A stretch of 64,000 nucleotides of DNA from Heterodontus francisci. Lineage: Eukaryota. This document shows, in pieces, positions 25,511 to 39,800 of the stretch. A program made the translations under genes and the position numbers. The stretch lies in the NCBI RefSeq assembly GCF_036365525.1, contig NC_090377.1, positions 104,932,907 to 104,996,906 of the forward strand, read 5' to 3'. How positions within the stretch are numbered: position 1 is the first letter of the stretch; each line of letters begins with the position of its first letter. The notes under the pieces were generated by a model. That model was not told the DNA's origin and ran no database searches. It saw only the letters and a program-made list of their open reading frames with translations.

Positions 25511-28500
25511 ATTGATTATGCTGTTCAGTTCATCAGTTAGTATGGTGTCATTCTTTATTGTTTACTTTGACCATAGACAGGTCTGAAAGTAGGCTGTGAC
25601 CCAGTGGATGGCATGGGGCACTGGGTGTATCGTACAAAGAGAAGAAATGGAGAAGTAGATGGACTGTGGTCTTTTTTCAGTGAATAATTCATAAAACATA
25701 CAAGTGCTGTAATGGTTTGAAGTGAGTTTAATTGATTGCAAAATTATTGCTGAATGTGTGTATTAAAACAAGCAGACAAATATCAAGGCAATCTCCATAT
25801 CTGTAGACTAAATTGAAAAGAGCATACACAGGAATTGGAGGCCTTACTGAAGAGATGTTGGAAGTTACCAGAAGCTAAAGTGTATCCCTAGCTGCTCAAT
25901 TTTTTTTTTAGCTTGCAATCAGCTGAAATTACATCTGATCCTGCAGGGAGTGGCAGACTATGGTTACCACTTAGCAAAAGGCAGTAATACTTTCCAGTTT
26001 CAAGGAAACACAGCATGCAGAATGTTCCAGTATTTATATAATGGCTGATACAACCACACCAAATTAGACCACACCTCCTTTAATTGGAGAGTGCAGTTAT
26101 AATGAATGACTAGCTGGTTTTGCTTTTTGACTTTTTTGTACATTTAAAGTGTACTGTATGCAATATAACACTGAACGTTGACTACACTTTTTATTATCAT
26201 AGTTTCTTTCGGTTTTGGTTCACAATGTGTGTAGAATATTATACAACTTTGCCTTGTTTTAAATCTGTGTTCTCCTTCACTATTGTACTAAAGGGGTGAG
26301 AAATAATTAAGATGCACGCTTGTCATAAAAAAAGCATACCAGTCACGTAGTCATAAACACAACAATACATTCCAATGCACTGGGAAACTAAAAAAAAGTC
26401 TCTTGTTTAGAATGTAAAAAGAATAATCAATAATGCCATCTCTCACTGATTCAGTGGACAAAACAATAATTGACTGTAATAGCCACTGCCTGTCAGTTTA
26501 ATTATGCTGAGTGGCTTAAATAATCCATTGACCAAGTTCAAGTATCTCAAGAGACAGTTTGAAAATCTTCTAAGCAGCAATGAGCAAGCAATGCCACAAG
26601 AGATTAACTAGCTTTGCTATGAAGGAGTGATTTTGTTTTGTTTAACCATTCATTTCAGAAATGAATGCAGTCTTATAGTTTAAGCATGTTTGAAGTACAG
26701 TCCCCACCACTTAAAACGTCCCCGCTTAAAAGGGGCAGTCGCTTCTGTTGGCCAGAAATAAATAACCATTATCCATTTGCACTAATGTCAATTTCAAAGT
26801 TGCCGGTTATCGCGTCTCAAATGCTCCATTAATTTCTGGCAGAAACGGAAATGCTCTTTTTGCTTATCTAAATGTATTTTTTTATTGAAAATAATACTGT
26901 CCAAAAAAAGCAAAAAGGAATTGTTTCACCAGTTAGGTTCAGGTTCTGTTAATTGACATCATGCTCTGTAAATTGTAGCTGGCATAATTAGCACAGTGCT
27001 AAAACAGCCTGGAATGTGGGTTTTCTTTTTAATTATCTTGTCTGCTACAAGCACTCACAGTGGCTTTCAAGTCAAAGTCAAAAGCATTCAGTTGGAGACT
27101 TTAAATGTCCTGCAGGCAATAATCTCATTAAAAGCGGTGCTCACCTGCCATAAAGGCTGTCAAATGTTAACACTGACCATGCTCTACACTGAATATCTGT
27201 GGTCAGTGTCTGATCTCTGCAGTTTGACATCTGAAACCATGTCTGGAGATTATAAACTGATTCTGCATTAGAATTAATAACTAAGAGGAGCACAAGCACT
27301 ACCCGCTGGCACCTTACTATGCCATGTTTTTGATGTGCGCTTCCTACAAATTCTTTTCCTACATTAAACAAGTTCAATCTTCTTCAAGTATATGAACACA
27401 GGAAATAGGAGCAGGAGTAGACCATGTGGCCCACTCGAGCCTGCTCCACCATTAAATACAATCATGTCTGTTCTTCTGCCTCAACTCCATTTCCTGCCCG
27501 CTCGCCATAACCCATGATTCCCTGAGAGATCAAAAATCTGTTGAACTCAGTCTTGAATATACTCAACAATGGAGCATCCACAACACTCTGGGGTAGATAA
27601 TTCCAAAGATTCACAATCCTCTGAGTGAAGAAATTTCTCCTTATCTAAGTCCTAAATGATTGACCATTTATCCTGAGGCTTTGCCCCTGTGTTCTAGATT
27701 CCCCAGCCAGGGGAAACAGCCTCTCAGTTTCCCCCTGTCAAGCCCCTTCAGAATCCTGTATGTTTCACTGAGATCACCTCATATTCTTTTAAACTCCAGA
27801 GAATATAGGCCTAATTTACTCAGCCTCTCATCAAAGGACAACCCCCTCATCCCAGGGACCAATCTAGTGAACGTTTGTTGTACTGCCTCCAAGGTAAGTA
27901 TATCCTTCCTTAGATATGGAGACCAAAACTGTGCACAGTAAGATATGAAGACCAAAACTGCACAGTACTCCAGATGTGGTCTCACCAAAACCCTATACAA
28001 TTGTAGCAAGACTTCCTTGTTCTTGTACTCCAATCCCCTTGCAATAAAGGTCAACACGTCAATTCCCTACCTAATTTCTTGCCGTAGCTGCTTGCTAACT
28101 TTTTGTGCTCCTTGCATAAGTACACCCAAGTCTCTCTGAACATCAACAAAGTGTCTCAGCTTTTAAAATGTGTTCTGCTTTTCTATTCTTATTACCAAAG
28201 TGAATAACTTCACACTTACCCACATTCAGCTCCATCTACCACCTTGTTGCCACTCACTTAACTTGTCTATATCTCTTTGCAGCTTCTTGGTGTCCTCATT
28301 TGTATTGTCAGCAAACTTGGATACATTACTCGTGAAGTCTTCATCTAGGCCATTAACATAGATTGTAAATAACTGAGGCTCCAGCACTGATCCTTGTGGC
28401 ACTCCACTAGTTAGTGCCTATCTACTGACTGCTTCCTGTCTGTTAACCAATTCTCGCGAATATTTTACCCCCAACTCCATGAGCCTTTACCTTGCGTACT

Positions 28501-29341
28501 AACCTTTTATCTGGCACCTTATCAGATGATTTTGGAAATCCAAGTACACTGCATCTACTGGCTCCCCGATCTACCCTACTAGTTACATTCTCAAAAAAAA
28601 ACATAAAACCATGTTGACTTTGTCTAATCAGACTATGATGTTCCAAGTGCATTGTGAAGATTTCTTTAATTACAGATTCCAGCGTTTTCCTGATGACTGA
28701 TGTCAGCCTCACTGGTCTACAGTTCCCTGTTTGCTCTCTCCCTCTTCTTGACTAGCAGTGTTACATTTGCTAGCTTCCAATCCACTGGAACTGTTCTAGA
28801 ATCTAGGGAATTTTGGAAAATCATGACCAGTGCATCCACTATCTCTGCAGCTACCTGTTTTAGAACCTTAGGACGTAGACCAACAGATCCAGGGGATTTG
28901 TCGACTTTTAGTCCCTTAAGTTTCTCTAATACTTTTTCTCTGCTGATATTAGTTACTTTAAGTTCCTCACTCTTATTAGCCCTTTGGGCTACCTCTATTT
29001 TTGGTATACAATTTGTCTCTTGTATTGTGAAGACAAATAGAAAATATTTGTTCAACGCTTCTACCATTTTCTCATTCCCATGATAATTTCTCCTATTTCT
29101 GCTTCTAAGAGACCAATGTATACTTTAGCTACTCTCCTTTTTATATAATTGTAAAAGCACTCACAATCTGTTTTTATATCCCTGGCATGTTTACCAGCAT
29201 TCTATTTTTTCCCCTTCTATCAACTTTTTGGTCACCTTTTGCTGGTTTCTAAAACTCTCCTAATCGTCAGGCTTTCTACTATTTTTTGCAACATTATATG
29301 CCTCTTTTAAATCTACTACTATTCTTAACTTCCCTAGTAAG

Positions 29342-29533
29342 TGTCTCTGCCTCACCATCTTGCTTTCCTTCCTTAAGACCTCCTTAAAACCTACCTCTTT
29401 CACCAAGCTTTTGGCCATCTGACCTAATATCTCCTTTTGTGGCTTGGTATCCTACTTTGTTTTATAATGCTCCTGTAAAGTGCCTTGGAACGTTTTATTA
29501 CCTTAAAGGCACGATATAAATATAAGTTGTTGT
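29342..29533 (+). mobile_element. L2 3' tail inserted into CR1
   Basis: CTTAAAACCTACCTCTTT...TATAAATATAAGTTGTTGTT tail; GTAAG duplicated on both sides. Confidence 0.75.
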
Positions 29534-29821
29534 TGTAAGCCACGGATGGCTCTTTCTCACTGTGTTTTTGTTTTTTAATGGAACATATTTTTGTTGAAAA
29601 TCTTGAATCATTTCTTTATTTACTGCCATACCTTTCAGTCTATTTACCCAGTCAACCTTAGCCAGCTCTCTCCTCATAACTATGTAATTGGCTTCTTTTC
29701 AGATTCTAGTTTTGGACTTGAGTATGTCGCTTTCAAACTTAATATGGAATTCAATTGTATTTTAATTTCTTCCAGAGGACCTTTTATTATGATATTACTA
29801 ATTAACCAATACTAGATCTAA

Positions 29822-29940
29822 AATAAAAGCAAAATAATGCGTATGCTGGAAATCTGAAATAAAAGCAAGAAATGCTGGAAATACTCAGCAGGTCTGGCAG
29901 CATCTGTGAAGAGAGAAGCAGAGTTAGCGTTTCAGGTCAG
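29822..29940 (-). mobile_element. Penelope-like terminal repeat fragment
   Basis: Same family as 39986; flanked by duplicated AGATCTAAAATA; breaks inside hammerhead stem II. Confidence 0.75.
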
Positions 29941-30351
29941 ATCTAAAATAGCTTTGTCCCTAGTTTGTTCCACAATATATTGTTCTAGAAAGCTGTTGCG
30001 AAAGCATTCTACAAACTCATCTTCCAGACTACCTTTGCCAATTGACTTGTCCCATCTCTTTGAAGATTAAAGTCTTCCATGAGCATTGCATTGCCTTTGT
30101 TACAAGCTCCTATTATTTTTTGTATGAGTTTCCTCCTCTGCCTATTATCTCAGACACAGGAGAAAAGTAAAACGCTGTGTAATTACAATGTTAAAACGTT
30201 CATTTTTCATCAATTGATACTGTTGTAGCCCAGGCCATGTGTCAAAGTATTGTAAAAGCTTTGTTTGCGGAGTCTTTTTGAGAAAAATTTGGGGAATAGG
30301 TTCAAGCCTGTAATATCTGTGTAATGTTTGGAGGAGTGTGTAAACCACTTC

Positions 30352-30765
30352 ACACAATCACAGAATTGTTGCAGTGCAGAAGGAGGCCATCGTGTCTGCA
30401 CTGGCTCTCCGGAAGAGCAATTCACGTAGTGCCTCTCCCTGCCTTCTCCCCGTAACCCTGCACATTCTTCCTTTTCATATAAGAGTCTAATTCCCTTTTG
30501 AATGCTTCAATTGAACCTGTCTTCACCACACTTTCAGGCAGCACATTCCAAACCTTGACCACTTGCTGCGTGAAAAGGTTTTTCCTCATGTCGCTTTTGC
30601 TTCTCTTACCAATTACTTTAAATCTGTGCCCTCTCATTCTTGTTCCTTTCATGAGTGGGAACAGTTTCTCTCTATCTACTCTGTCCAGACCCCTCATGAT
30701 TTTGAATACCTCTATCAAATCACCTCTCAGCCTTCTCTTCTCCAAGGAAAACAGTCCTAACTTCA
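30352..30765 (-). mobile_element. CR1 3' end
   Basis: LGLFSLEKRRLRGDLIEVFKIM...TQQVVKVWNVLP. Confidence 0.9.
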
Positions 30766-32384
30766 ACTTTGCTATTGTGGTTTACATCATCTAGTCATTT
30801 TGAGGAACCTTACCTGTCATTTATTCTCTGTACGAATATTTATCCACATTGTTGCACTTTTGTTTTTCTCTTTTTTTACTCTTTCTATAATCAGCTGGTA
30901 TTTATATTTGACTCTTACTTCCTAATCTTGTAATTTAACTGCTGTTAATGTCCGCATGAGCAAATGCTTTCTCATTATCACAGACCACCTGGACGTGCTT
31001 CATTTCTTCTGCTCTTTTGTTTTATCTGCAATTAAAGTTGCTGTAACCTTATGAAAAGAGTGGTTTTCATTGGTGAATTGCCATAAAGCCTTCTGACATT
31101 TTTGTTTTATTTTTCCCAACTATTTGTAGTGAAATTCCTGGAACTGGCAGCACCACATGTTGGGTCAATGTCCTATTGTGTCAAATGTAGTTGGACACTG
31201 ATGCTGCTCTACTTGGCGAGTTCCTGATTTTTGGTTCCATTCTGGGAGGCATTGAACCTGAGAAGGCTGAGAAAAATATTTGAATATAAATCAACTAGCT
31301 GTGTGCTTCCCGATTCTGAGGAGTACGGGCAGAGAACGAAATAGCATGTAGTTCAAGACTGAAGAATGTCATAATGAGGAAGTTGAGATTTTTCATGATA
31401 TTCTTAGTGAATGTTGCTATTTTCTTTTGCCGATAATAATGGAATAACAGAACACTGTGTGATATATTTAAATCAAATGCATTTATTAAATTGTATGAAA
31501 TTTTTCATTTTTTTATAAAAATGCTCAAAACCAAAACTAAATGCTATTGATAAAATAGTGCATGAATGGGTCAGTTGGTATTATCACACACTGTGATAAT
31601 CTAAATGTTTGTAATTATCTCAGCTGCTTATATGGATTGAGAGAATGGTCAAATCAAAAGGTAATTTCCCTTCATCCATGCACCACAAAATCTGGCGCTA
31701 AATAACCAGCATTTTTCTAGCAAAAGACTTAAGTTAACCAGTTGAAATGATCTCTGCACTCAGAGCAACAGGACAGAAACAATGCTTCTGCTAATTTATA
31801 ACATCAAGATGTTAGCATGTATTAGCCTACAGTATTTCTACTTTTTTGTTAGAGTTTACTAATCTAGTCATATTTCTCTTTTTTTAACCAATACTACAAA
31901 CAAGTAATAAATAATTGGATTACATTTTTATTCATAGAATAGACACAATATTATAATGCACTCATAACGTTGACAACCATTTGTTATTTAGGTTTTGAGG
32001 TATGTATACTGCATTTAAGTTTCTTCTTGCATTGGTATGCTTGTGGCAATGAGATGGTCAGTGGTCCCTCTGTCTTTTGCCAGTTATTAGAAGGCTCATG
32101 CGAGTAGTCTAATGGGATCACCCATTTAGATTTTCCCCCTCCATTTGGAGAGATGCCTGGTCCTCATTAGGAACTCTAAAAGTAACAATTGTAGAGCAAT
32201 TGGAGATAACATTTCAGTACTTAGTGATACCACCAATGACACGACCCATCTGCTTATCTATTAAAACTATCAATCCCATTAAAAATCTTGCATATGGCAC
32301 CCAATTCCTGTACTCATTACATTACTTCCTGTTGAAGTTTTTTTTTTGTTCTCTGAAGTACTTTCATGTCTATACATAAAAGAA

Positions 32385-32825
32385 AACTTATCAATATGCA
32401 TTCATAACCACAGGACATCCCAAAGCGCTTTACAGCCAATGAACTACTTTTGGAGTGTAATTACTGTTGTTATGTAGGAAACATGGCAACCAATTTGTAC
32501 TAGCAAGGTCCCATACACAGCAATATGATCATGACCAGATAATTTGTTTTTATGATAAGTGAGAGATGAATATTGGCCAGGACATTGGGATAACTCCCCT
32601 GCTCTTCTTCCAAATAGTGCCATGGCATCTTGAAGTCCACCTCAGAGAGCAGACGGGGCCTCGGTTTAATGTCTCACTCTAAAGATGGAACCTCCAACAG
32701 CGCAGCACTCCCTCAGCACTGAAATGCCAGTCTAGATTTATGTGCTTAAGTCTGTGGAGTGAGACTTGAACCAACAAACTTCTGAATTTATGGCAAGAGT
32801 GCTACTAGCTGAGCTGTGGCTAACT
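32385..32825 (-). mobile_element. Deu-domain SINE (SacSINE1-like), near full length
   Basis: Reverse Deu core AATATTGGCCAGGACA..CTCCCCTGCTCTTC..ATAGTGCCATGG; tRNA head at about 32760-32825. Confidence 0.8.
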
Positions 32826-34269
32826 GCCTAATGAAATCATTGCACAGTAATTGCAGGAGGCTTTTATTAACAACATCCAGCTAACCTGCTATGGCTGTAC
32901 TTGCACTGATAGCAAAACAGGTCAATGGTTTGAGGCAACTTCTTTAGATTTGGTTTCCAGGGATTAGTAAATCCTTCAGGGGACGGGTGAAGGTCCCCCC
33001 TACTAATGACTCAGTACTTCATGTTTAAATCAAAGAAAGTTTTCATGCTCCCTTGCCCTCCTCCAGAAATTACCTGCAGCCTAAAATCCATGCACTCACT
33101 GGCTGGAAAGTGCCACCTGAGCTCAGAGTGGCTGCCATGCCTCACTGACCACCTTCTACCTAAAAGGACAGAGAGAATTAGAAAAAAATGGAAGAAAAGA
33201 GATTGACCAGGAAGAAAGAAAAAATGCGAAGATGACATACTGTTAACAGACAAAGCATATCCTCCAACTTACCTGAGCAATGTCGCAGGAGATCTATAGT
33301 AATCTATTCGGTCTTGTGTATAGTGTGCACTTCCTGTTCATCTAACTTCCCTGTCATGCTGTTTCTGATTGAGTCCACTCAATTCCATTTTCAAGACAGG
33401 TGGCTCTAAGTTTTAATTGCTTCCTATGCACATACTGTTGGTAAACAAACAAACACTGGATTTTAGACTTAAAAACCAGCAGTTGGGTTACGTTTTCCTG
33501 GGATTACCTACTGTCCACACCCCCAGTATGCCACAAATCTACCCCCAATTTGCCAAATGTTGTCTGTCAGCCTTCTGTGTTTTCTGGGCTTTAAAAAGGA
33601 AAAAAATAAAAGTGAAATACCCAGGTAAAGAACAAATGTTCCAAAATCAGTAGAGCTTTTCAAATTGTCAAGTACAATACACAGGTTTAACTAGGAAAGA
33701 ATAGCTAATTAAAACTGCTTGAAGATCCGATTGCCTGAAATCAGCAGAGCTTTTTAAATCTGTGCAGCTAAATACTGACGGAACTACCCAAAATAATGTC
33801 GAGCTTAATACGTAATAAGTTGTATCTTTGTGATTGACTCCTATGTTAATGACAAGTAGTTAACACTATTTGCCTTATATAGGCAGCAGCCCATGTTGAG
33901 CTAAATGATGGGGACTATAGGGATTATTTTAATTTACCCTTTTTCACTTTCGGCAAAAAATAATAAAATCTGCATTCTGCCTGTTGGTTTGTCAGGATTC
34001 TGAAGTCCCTTGTTCCCTTTTGGACCCTGTTTGTCGAGGAAGGTTTTCCTACCTAGGACTGAAGCTGGACTACTTCCTCCCAAACCTATCCCCGCCCCCA
34101 CCCCCCCAACCTCAACCCCAAACCTTCCTTCTCGCAGGAACTAAACCTCAAGTCTTGGATAAAAGAAAGAGAGCTCATAGCAACTCCTTTCCCCACCCTT
34201 GCCGAATTTGCCACGTCCATCATCATTCCTATGACCATCACTATTTGTTACCTGTATCTTCCAGATCCT

Positions 34270-34500
34270 CCTGCTACACTGTTTTCCTTCTGCTTTCTGC
34301 TCCATGCTTTGCCTCTTACTTCATATATCCCATCCTTCATCCCTCTCCCTTCCCCTCCACTCCTCTCTCCCCTCTCTATCCCTCCCCCTCCTCACCCCTG
34401 CCCTTCTTTCCTACCTTATTCTTTTCTTGCTCCCTTCCCCTTGACTCGTCTCCCCCCTTCTCCTTCCTTTCCTCCCCTATTTACCTGCTTCTGTCTTGCC
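34270..34500. repeat. Polypyrimidine low-complexity tract
   Basis: About 230 bp almost entirely C/T on plus strand. Confidence 0.75.
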
Positions 34501-34585
34501 TGGGTCCAGTTAGTTCTCCACCATCTAACTCTACTTGGCCTGAATGCTGAATCTAACACTTAATGCTGACACCCCATGTGCACCC

Positions 34586-34798
34586 CAGCCAAAGACTTGC
34601 AGGTTGATAGGTAAATTGGCCATTGTAAATTGCCCCTAGCGTAGTTAGGTGGTAGGAGAATGGTGGGGATGTGGTAGAGAATATGGGGTTAATGTAGGAT
34701 TAGTTATAAATGGGTGGTTGTTGGTTGGCACAGACACGGTGGGCCGAAGGGCCTGTTTCAGTGCTGTATCTCTAAATAATAAATAAAATAAAAATAAA
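34586..34798 (+). mobile_element. 5'-truncated HE1-type V-SINE
   Basis: 3' half of HE1 with (AAAT)n-like tail. Confidence 0.85.
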
Positions 34799-35129
34799 TG
34801 CCAAGGGAGATCAACCAATAATAATAATAATGGCCAGTCACGTACCATTTTCATGCAAGCATGAACAGAGTAGTGGAATTTAATCTTCAAAGCAGCAATA
34901 AGAATCTGGGATCATGTAATAAAAGCAAAATTTGACTTACGCAGTCACCAGTGGCCTTGGTAAATTATGTGGCATAATCATTATTATGTATTATTATAAA
35001 GCAGCATATTCTCTGACTCACAATAAAAAACACAGCACTAGTGTGTAATAAGAATTTATTCAATAGCAAAATTATCTGAAATCCATTTAATTTAATTAAT
35101 TTAAATTTAATTAATCCATAGAAGCACAT

Positions 35130-38100
35130 GAATGAGTGGCTGCAGGGCATTCTGAGGGAGGGAGAGTGAAAGCCAGAGGCCGTGGTCCGTATCATCACCA
35201 ATGGCATAGGCACAAAGAGGGATGAGGGCCTGCGGCAGAGTATAGGAAGCTAGGACAGAGATTGAAAAGCAGGACCTCAAAGGTAGTAATCTCCGGATTA
35301 TTCCCAGTGCCACATGATAGTGAGTACAGAAACAGGAAGATAGAGCTGATGAATACGTGACTGGAGAGATGGTGCAGGAGGGAGGGCTTTAGATTCCTGA
35401 GGCATTGGGGCTGCTTCTAGGGGAGATGTGATCTATACAAGCTAAACTGGTGACACCTCAACAGGACCAGGACCAATATCCTTACAGGGGGTTTTGCGGG
35501 TGCTGTTGGGAAGGATTTAAACTAGCTTGACAGGGGGATGGGAATCTGAGAGTAGATTCAGAAGGAAGAGAAGAAATGTTCGAAATGGAAGGCAGAAAAT
35601 TAGTAAGTGTGTTTGGAATGCAGAGGAAACAAAGGCGAGAGAATAGACAACAAGGGAGTTTGGCGGTGCTAAATGGTGTATACTTAAATGCAGGAAGTTT
35701 ACGGACTAAGACAGATGAGCTCAGAGCACAGATTGACACAGGGGAGTATGATAGTATGGTGATTACTGAGACATAGCTGAAAGAAGGGCAGAAATGGCAC
35801 CTCAACATTCCTGGTTACAAGGTTTCCAGATGCGATAGAGAGAGGATTAAAAAAAGGAGAGGGAGTCACATTATCGATTAAAGACACAATTATAGCTGTG
35901 AGGAGGGATGATATGGGAGAAGGATTATCAAATGTGGCCATATGCGTTGAACTGAAGAACAAGAAAAGGCAATCACACCACTGAGAGTGTACTATAGATA
36001 CTATAGATCCCCAAACAGTCAGAGGGAGATATGTAGGCAAATCTCTGAGAAGTACATCAACAATAGGGCAGTAATAGTGGAGGATTTCAACTACCCTAAT
36101 ATTAACTGAGATAGAATTAGTGTAAAAGGCACAGAGGGAGCAGAGTTCTTAAAATGCATTCAGGAAAACTCTTTTAGCCAGTATGTAGCAAGCCCAACAA
36201 GAGAGGAGGCAGTTCTGGACTTAGTTTTAGGGAATGAAGCTGGACAGGGTGAAGAGATATCAGTTGGAGAGCATTTTGGCAGATGTGATCATAATTCAGT
36301 TAGATTTAGGGCATTATGGAGAAGGATAAAGATAGAGTAGGAATAAAAGTTCTCAATTAGGAAAAAGCTAATTTTGCGAAGCTGAGGCGTGATTTAGCTA
36401 AGGTGGACTGGAAGCAGCTACTTCAAGTGCCAGATGAGTGGGAGGTATTCAGGAAGAGATAGTGAGGGTTCAGAACAAGTATGTTCCCTTGAAGAAAAGG
36501 GGTGGGACTAACAAATTCAGAATCCCTGGATCTAAAGTGGCTTAAAGGAGAGAATAAAGGAAAAAGGGAAGCTTATGACGTTACAGGGGCTCAGTACTGC
36601 AGAAATCCTAGAGGAGTATTAAAAATGTAGAGATGAAATTAAAAAGGAAATTAGGAAAGCAAAGAGAGGACATGAAAAAATATTGGCAAGTAAAATCAAG
36701 GAATAACCAAAGATTTTTTTATAAATACATAAAGAGCAAGATAATAACTAAAGAAAGAGTAGGGTCTGTTGGGGACCATAAGGGTAACTTGTGTGTGGAA
36801 GCGGAGGACGTTGGTATGGTTCTTAATGAATACCTTGCGTCTGTTTTCACAAAGGAAAGGGCTGACAGAGACATTGCAATCGGGGGGAGGAATGTGAAAT
36901 ATTAGATGAAATTACCATAGTTGGAGAGGAAGTATTAAGGGGTTTAACTTCTTTGAAAGTGGATAAATCCCCAGATCCAGATAACATTTATCCTAGGCTG
37001 TGAAGCGAAGCAAGAGAAGAAATAGTGGAGGCTCTGACCATCATATTCCAATCCTCTCTGGCTGTAGGCTTGGTACCAGAGGACCTGAGGACAGTTAGCA
37101 TTGTGCCATTGTTTAATAAAGGAGAAAGGGATAGACTGAGTAATTACAGGCCTGTCAGCCTAACCTCAGTGATGGGAAAATTATTGGCAAAAATTCTGAG
37201 GGACAGGATAAATCTTCATTTAGAAAGGCACAGTTTAATCAAAGACAGTCAGCATGGATTTGTTAAGGGAAGGTCGTGTCTGACTAACATGATTAAATTT
37301 TTTGAGGAGGTAACAGGGAGGGTCAATGAGGGTAGTGCATTTGATGTAGTTTATATGGATTTTAGCAAGGTTTTTGATAAGGTTCCACATGGCAGACTGG
37401 TCATGAAAGTAAAAGCTCATGGGATCCAAGGCAAAGTGGCAAGTTGGATCCAAAATTGTCTCAGAGCCAGGAAGGAAAGGGTAATGGTGGATGGGTGTTT
37501 TTATGACTGGAAGGCTGTTGCCATTGGGGTTTCGCAGGGCTCAGTTACTAGTTCCCTTGCTTTTTGTGGTATATATAAATGATTTGGTTTTGAATGTAGG
37601 GTACATGATTAAGAAGTGTGCAGAAAATAGAAAAATTGGTCGTGGAGTTAATAATGAAGAAAAAAACTGTAGAGTGCAGGAGGATATTACTAGACTAGCC
37701 AGATGGGTGGAAAAGTGACTAATGGAGTTCCATCTGGAGAAATGTGAGGTAATGCATTTGGAGAAGGCTAACAAGGCAAGTGAATACGCAATAAGTGGTA
37801 GGATACCGAGAAGTGTAGAGGGACAGCGGGACCTTGGAGTGCATGTCCACAGATCCCTGAATGTGTTTGGGCAGGTAGATACAGTGGTCAAGAAGTAATA
37901 TGGGATACCTGCCTTTATTAGCCGAGGCATAGAATATAAGAGCTAGGACTAGGAGGCTATGCTGCAACTGTATAAAACACTAGTTAGGCCACAGCTGGAG
38001 TACTGCATGCAGTTCTGGTCACTGTACTATAGGAAAGATGTAATTGCAGTAGAGAGGTACAGAGGTGATTTAGTTATGAGGAAAGATTGGATAGGCTTGG

Positions 38101-38520
38101 GTTGTTTTCTTTGGAACAGAGGAAGTTGAGGGGAGACCTAATTAAAGTGTGTAAAATGATGAGGGGTCCAGATAAGTTGTATCGGAAAGCAATGTTCCCT
38201 TTGGTTGAGGGATCCATGAGGAGGCGGCACAGATTTACAGTAAGAGGTAGAAAGTTTAGAGGGGATTTGAGGGGAATGTTTTTCACCCAGAGGGTGCTGG
38301 GATCTAGAACTCAGCCTGAAAGGGTGGTAGAGGCAAAATCCCTCATAACATTTAAAAAGTACTTGGATATGCACTTGAAGTGCCATAACCTACAAAGAGG
38401 ACCAAGAGTTGGAAAGTGGGATTAGGCTGGATGGTGACTTGTTGGCTGGTTTGGACACAGTGAGCCGAATGGCCTCCTTCCATGCTGTGAATTTCTAATG
38501 TTCTATAATTCTATGATTCT
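35130..38520 (+). mobile_element. Near full-length decayed CR1 (partial SGNH-esterase ORF1 plus ORF2)
   Basis: RLKSRTSKVVISGLFPVP, WCRREGFRFL (ORF1); YLNAGSL, ITET, DFNYP (EN); NYRPVSLTSV, QHGFVKGRSCLTN, YMDFSK (RT); TTCTATGATTCT tail. Confidence 0.92.
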
Positions 38521-38979
38521 TTGAATGAGGGGCAATAGAGAATCGGCTCTTGAGCAAGGTGCTCTTAAGTTCTTTGATGTTTCTCAACCATGAAGTAAAT
38601 TGTATATGCTTCAGGTTTTACATTTGCAAATAGGTCAGTTTGACGCATACTAATGCCAACTGGCATGTGCAGCAAAGGATTCAGAAAGTTACTATTCAAT
38701 CCTTAAAACAATAGCACAATTAAACCATCACTTCTTGTTTTTACCTGTCCATATATAAAGTTGCATACTTGATTTGATTTTAAATGAAAGTACAATGTAA
38801 TTTCAGTAAGTGTCCTTCCATGGTAGAACAACATGAATACTATAACCTCACTATCATTTTTGTTGCAACATGCATGCCTCTTAAAATGCACTGTTTTTAA
38901 AAAGGATATTTTGATAGCTTTTTTAATAGTTGATCTGGAACTTCTCTGGAAATAATAAAAGAAAAACTTAGAACTGGAA

Positions 38980-39800
38980 ACCTGAAATAAAACTACTGAA
39001 AATGCACAGCAGATCCAATAACATGTGGGAAGAGAAAAGACTATCTCAAAGTTACTGTGGGACTGCTTGCAAGATCAGTTGAAGTTACTGACACTGTGGT
39101 GAGCCTGTTAAGGACATAGCATTAGGGACATGAAAAAGTCTCTAGGCCCAACAAATTTGACCATTTGATAGTTCAGTTCCACTTACCCATCTTTGATATC
39201 CCTCAACCTTTTCTCTCTCTTCAGACACACATGCTGTAAATCTGAAATAAAAACAAGAAATGCTGGAAATTGCTTTTGGAACCTATTTAAGTCATCCATT
39301 TCAATGCCTAAGGTTGGATTAAGTTGCTGTACAGTTTGTTACCTGTGAAGTTGTAAGATTAAAGGCCAGTGCAATGAACAGGTATGGTTTCCTGAGCCCA
39401 CACCCATGTGAAATTAAAATGTCAACAGGTGAAGAAATTAATAATTAGTCTTGCGGAAATAAAAACAAAACATCACAACTGTTGGGTATGAGTTAGTGAT
39501 GGAGACAGAGGCTGAGGAAATAATAAGGGTTTTGGCAAATTAATGGTCACAACCAGCAAGGGAAAATGCCAACTGAGAACAGGATGAAGGAACTAATAAG
39601 GAAATCACAGAAAAGAAGCATAGAACTTTAGGTCTGATATAGCAAGCAGAGAAGTGGTAGTAAATCAGATAGTAGAAATCAAATGGAAACGGCTGCATTT
39701 CTGGTGTTATATTGGTGACGTTGCACCCAACATTTTAACCTATCTTTTCTCTTCCAGGTACTGATCAACCTGCTGTGCATTTACAGTTTTTATTTTGTAT
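38980..39800. repeat. Old inverted pair of Penelope-like terminal repeats
   Basis: AAATGCACAGCAG..GGAAGAGAAAAGA at about 39000-39040 mirrored by TCTTTTCTCTTCC..CTGCTGTGCATTT at about 39743-39782. Confidence 0.5.

Larger units (their letters stand above)
27392..30120 (-). mobile_element. Decayed CR1 ORF2 with nested L2 tail and Penelope-like end
   Basis: VRPHLEYCAQFWSPYL, DKSPG, DWKLANVT on minus strand; about 29-bp internal tandem duplication at 27912-27968. Confidence 0.9.

Noticed and set aside
26696-26900. TACAGT...ACTGT pogo/Tigger-like ends
   Set aside because: Inverted match too short and no second copy in the window.
27912-27968. Direct repeat AGATATG(G/A)AGACCAAAACTG resembling a CRISPR repeat pair
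   Set aside because: Simple tandem duplication inside a CR1 RT region; eukaryotic context, no spacers or cas genes.
33984-34563. 188-aa Pro/Ser/Leu-rich ORF
   Set aside because: Produced by the polypyrimidine tract, which lacks stop codons.
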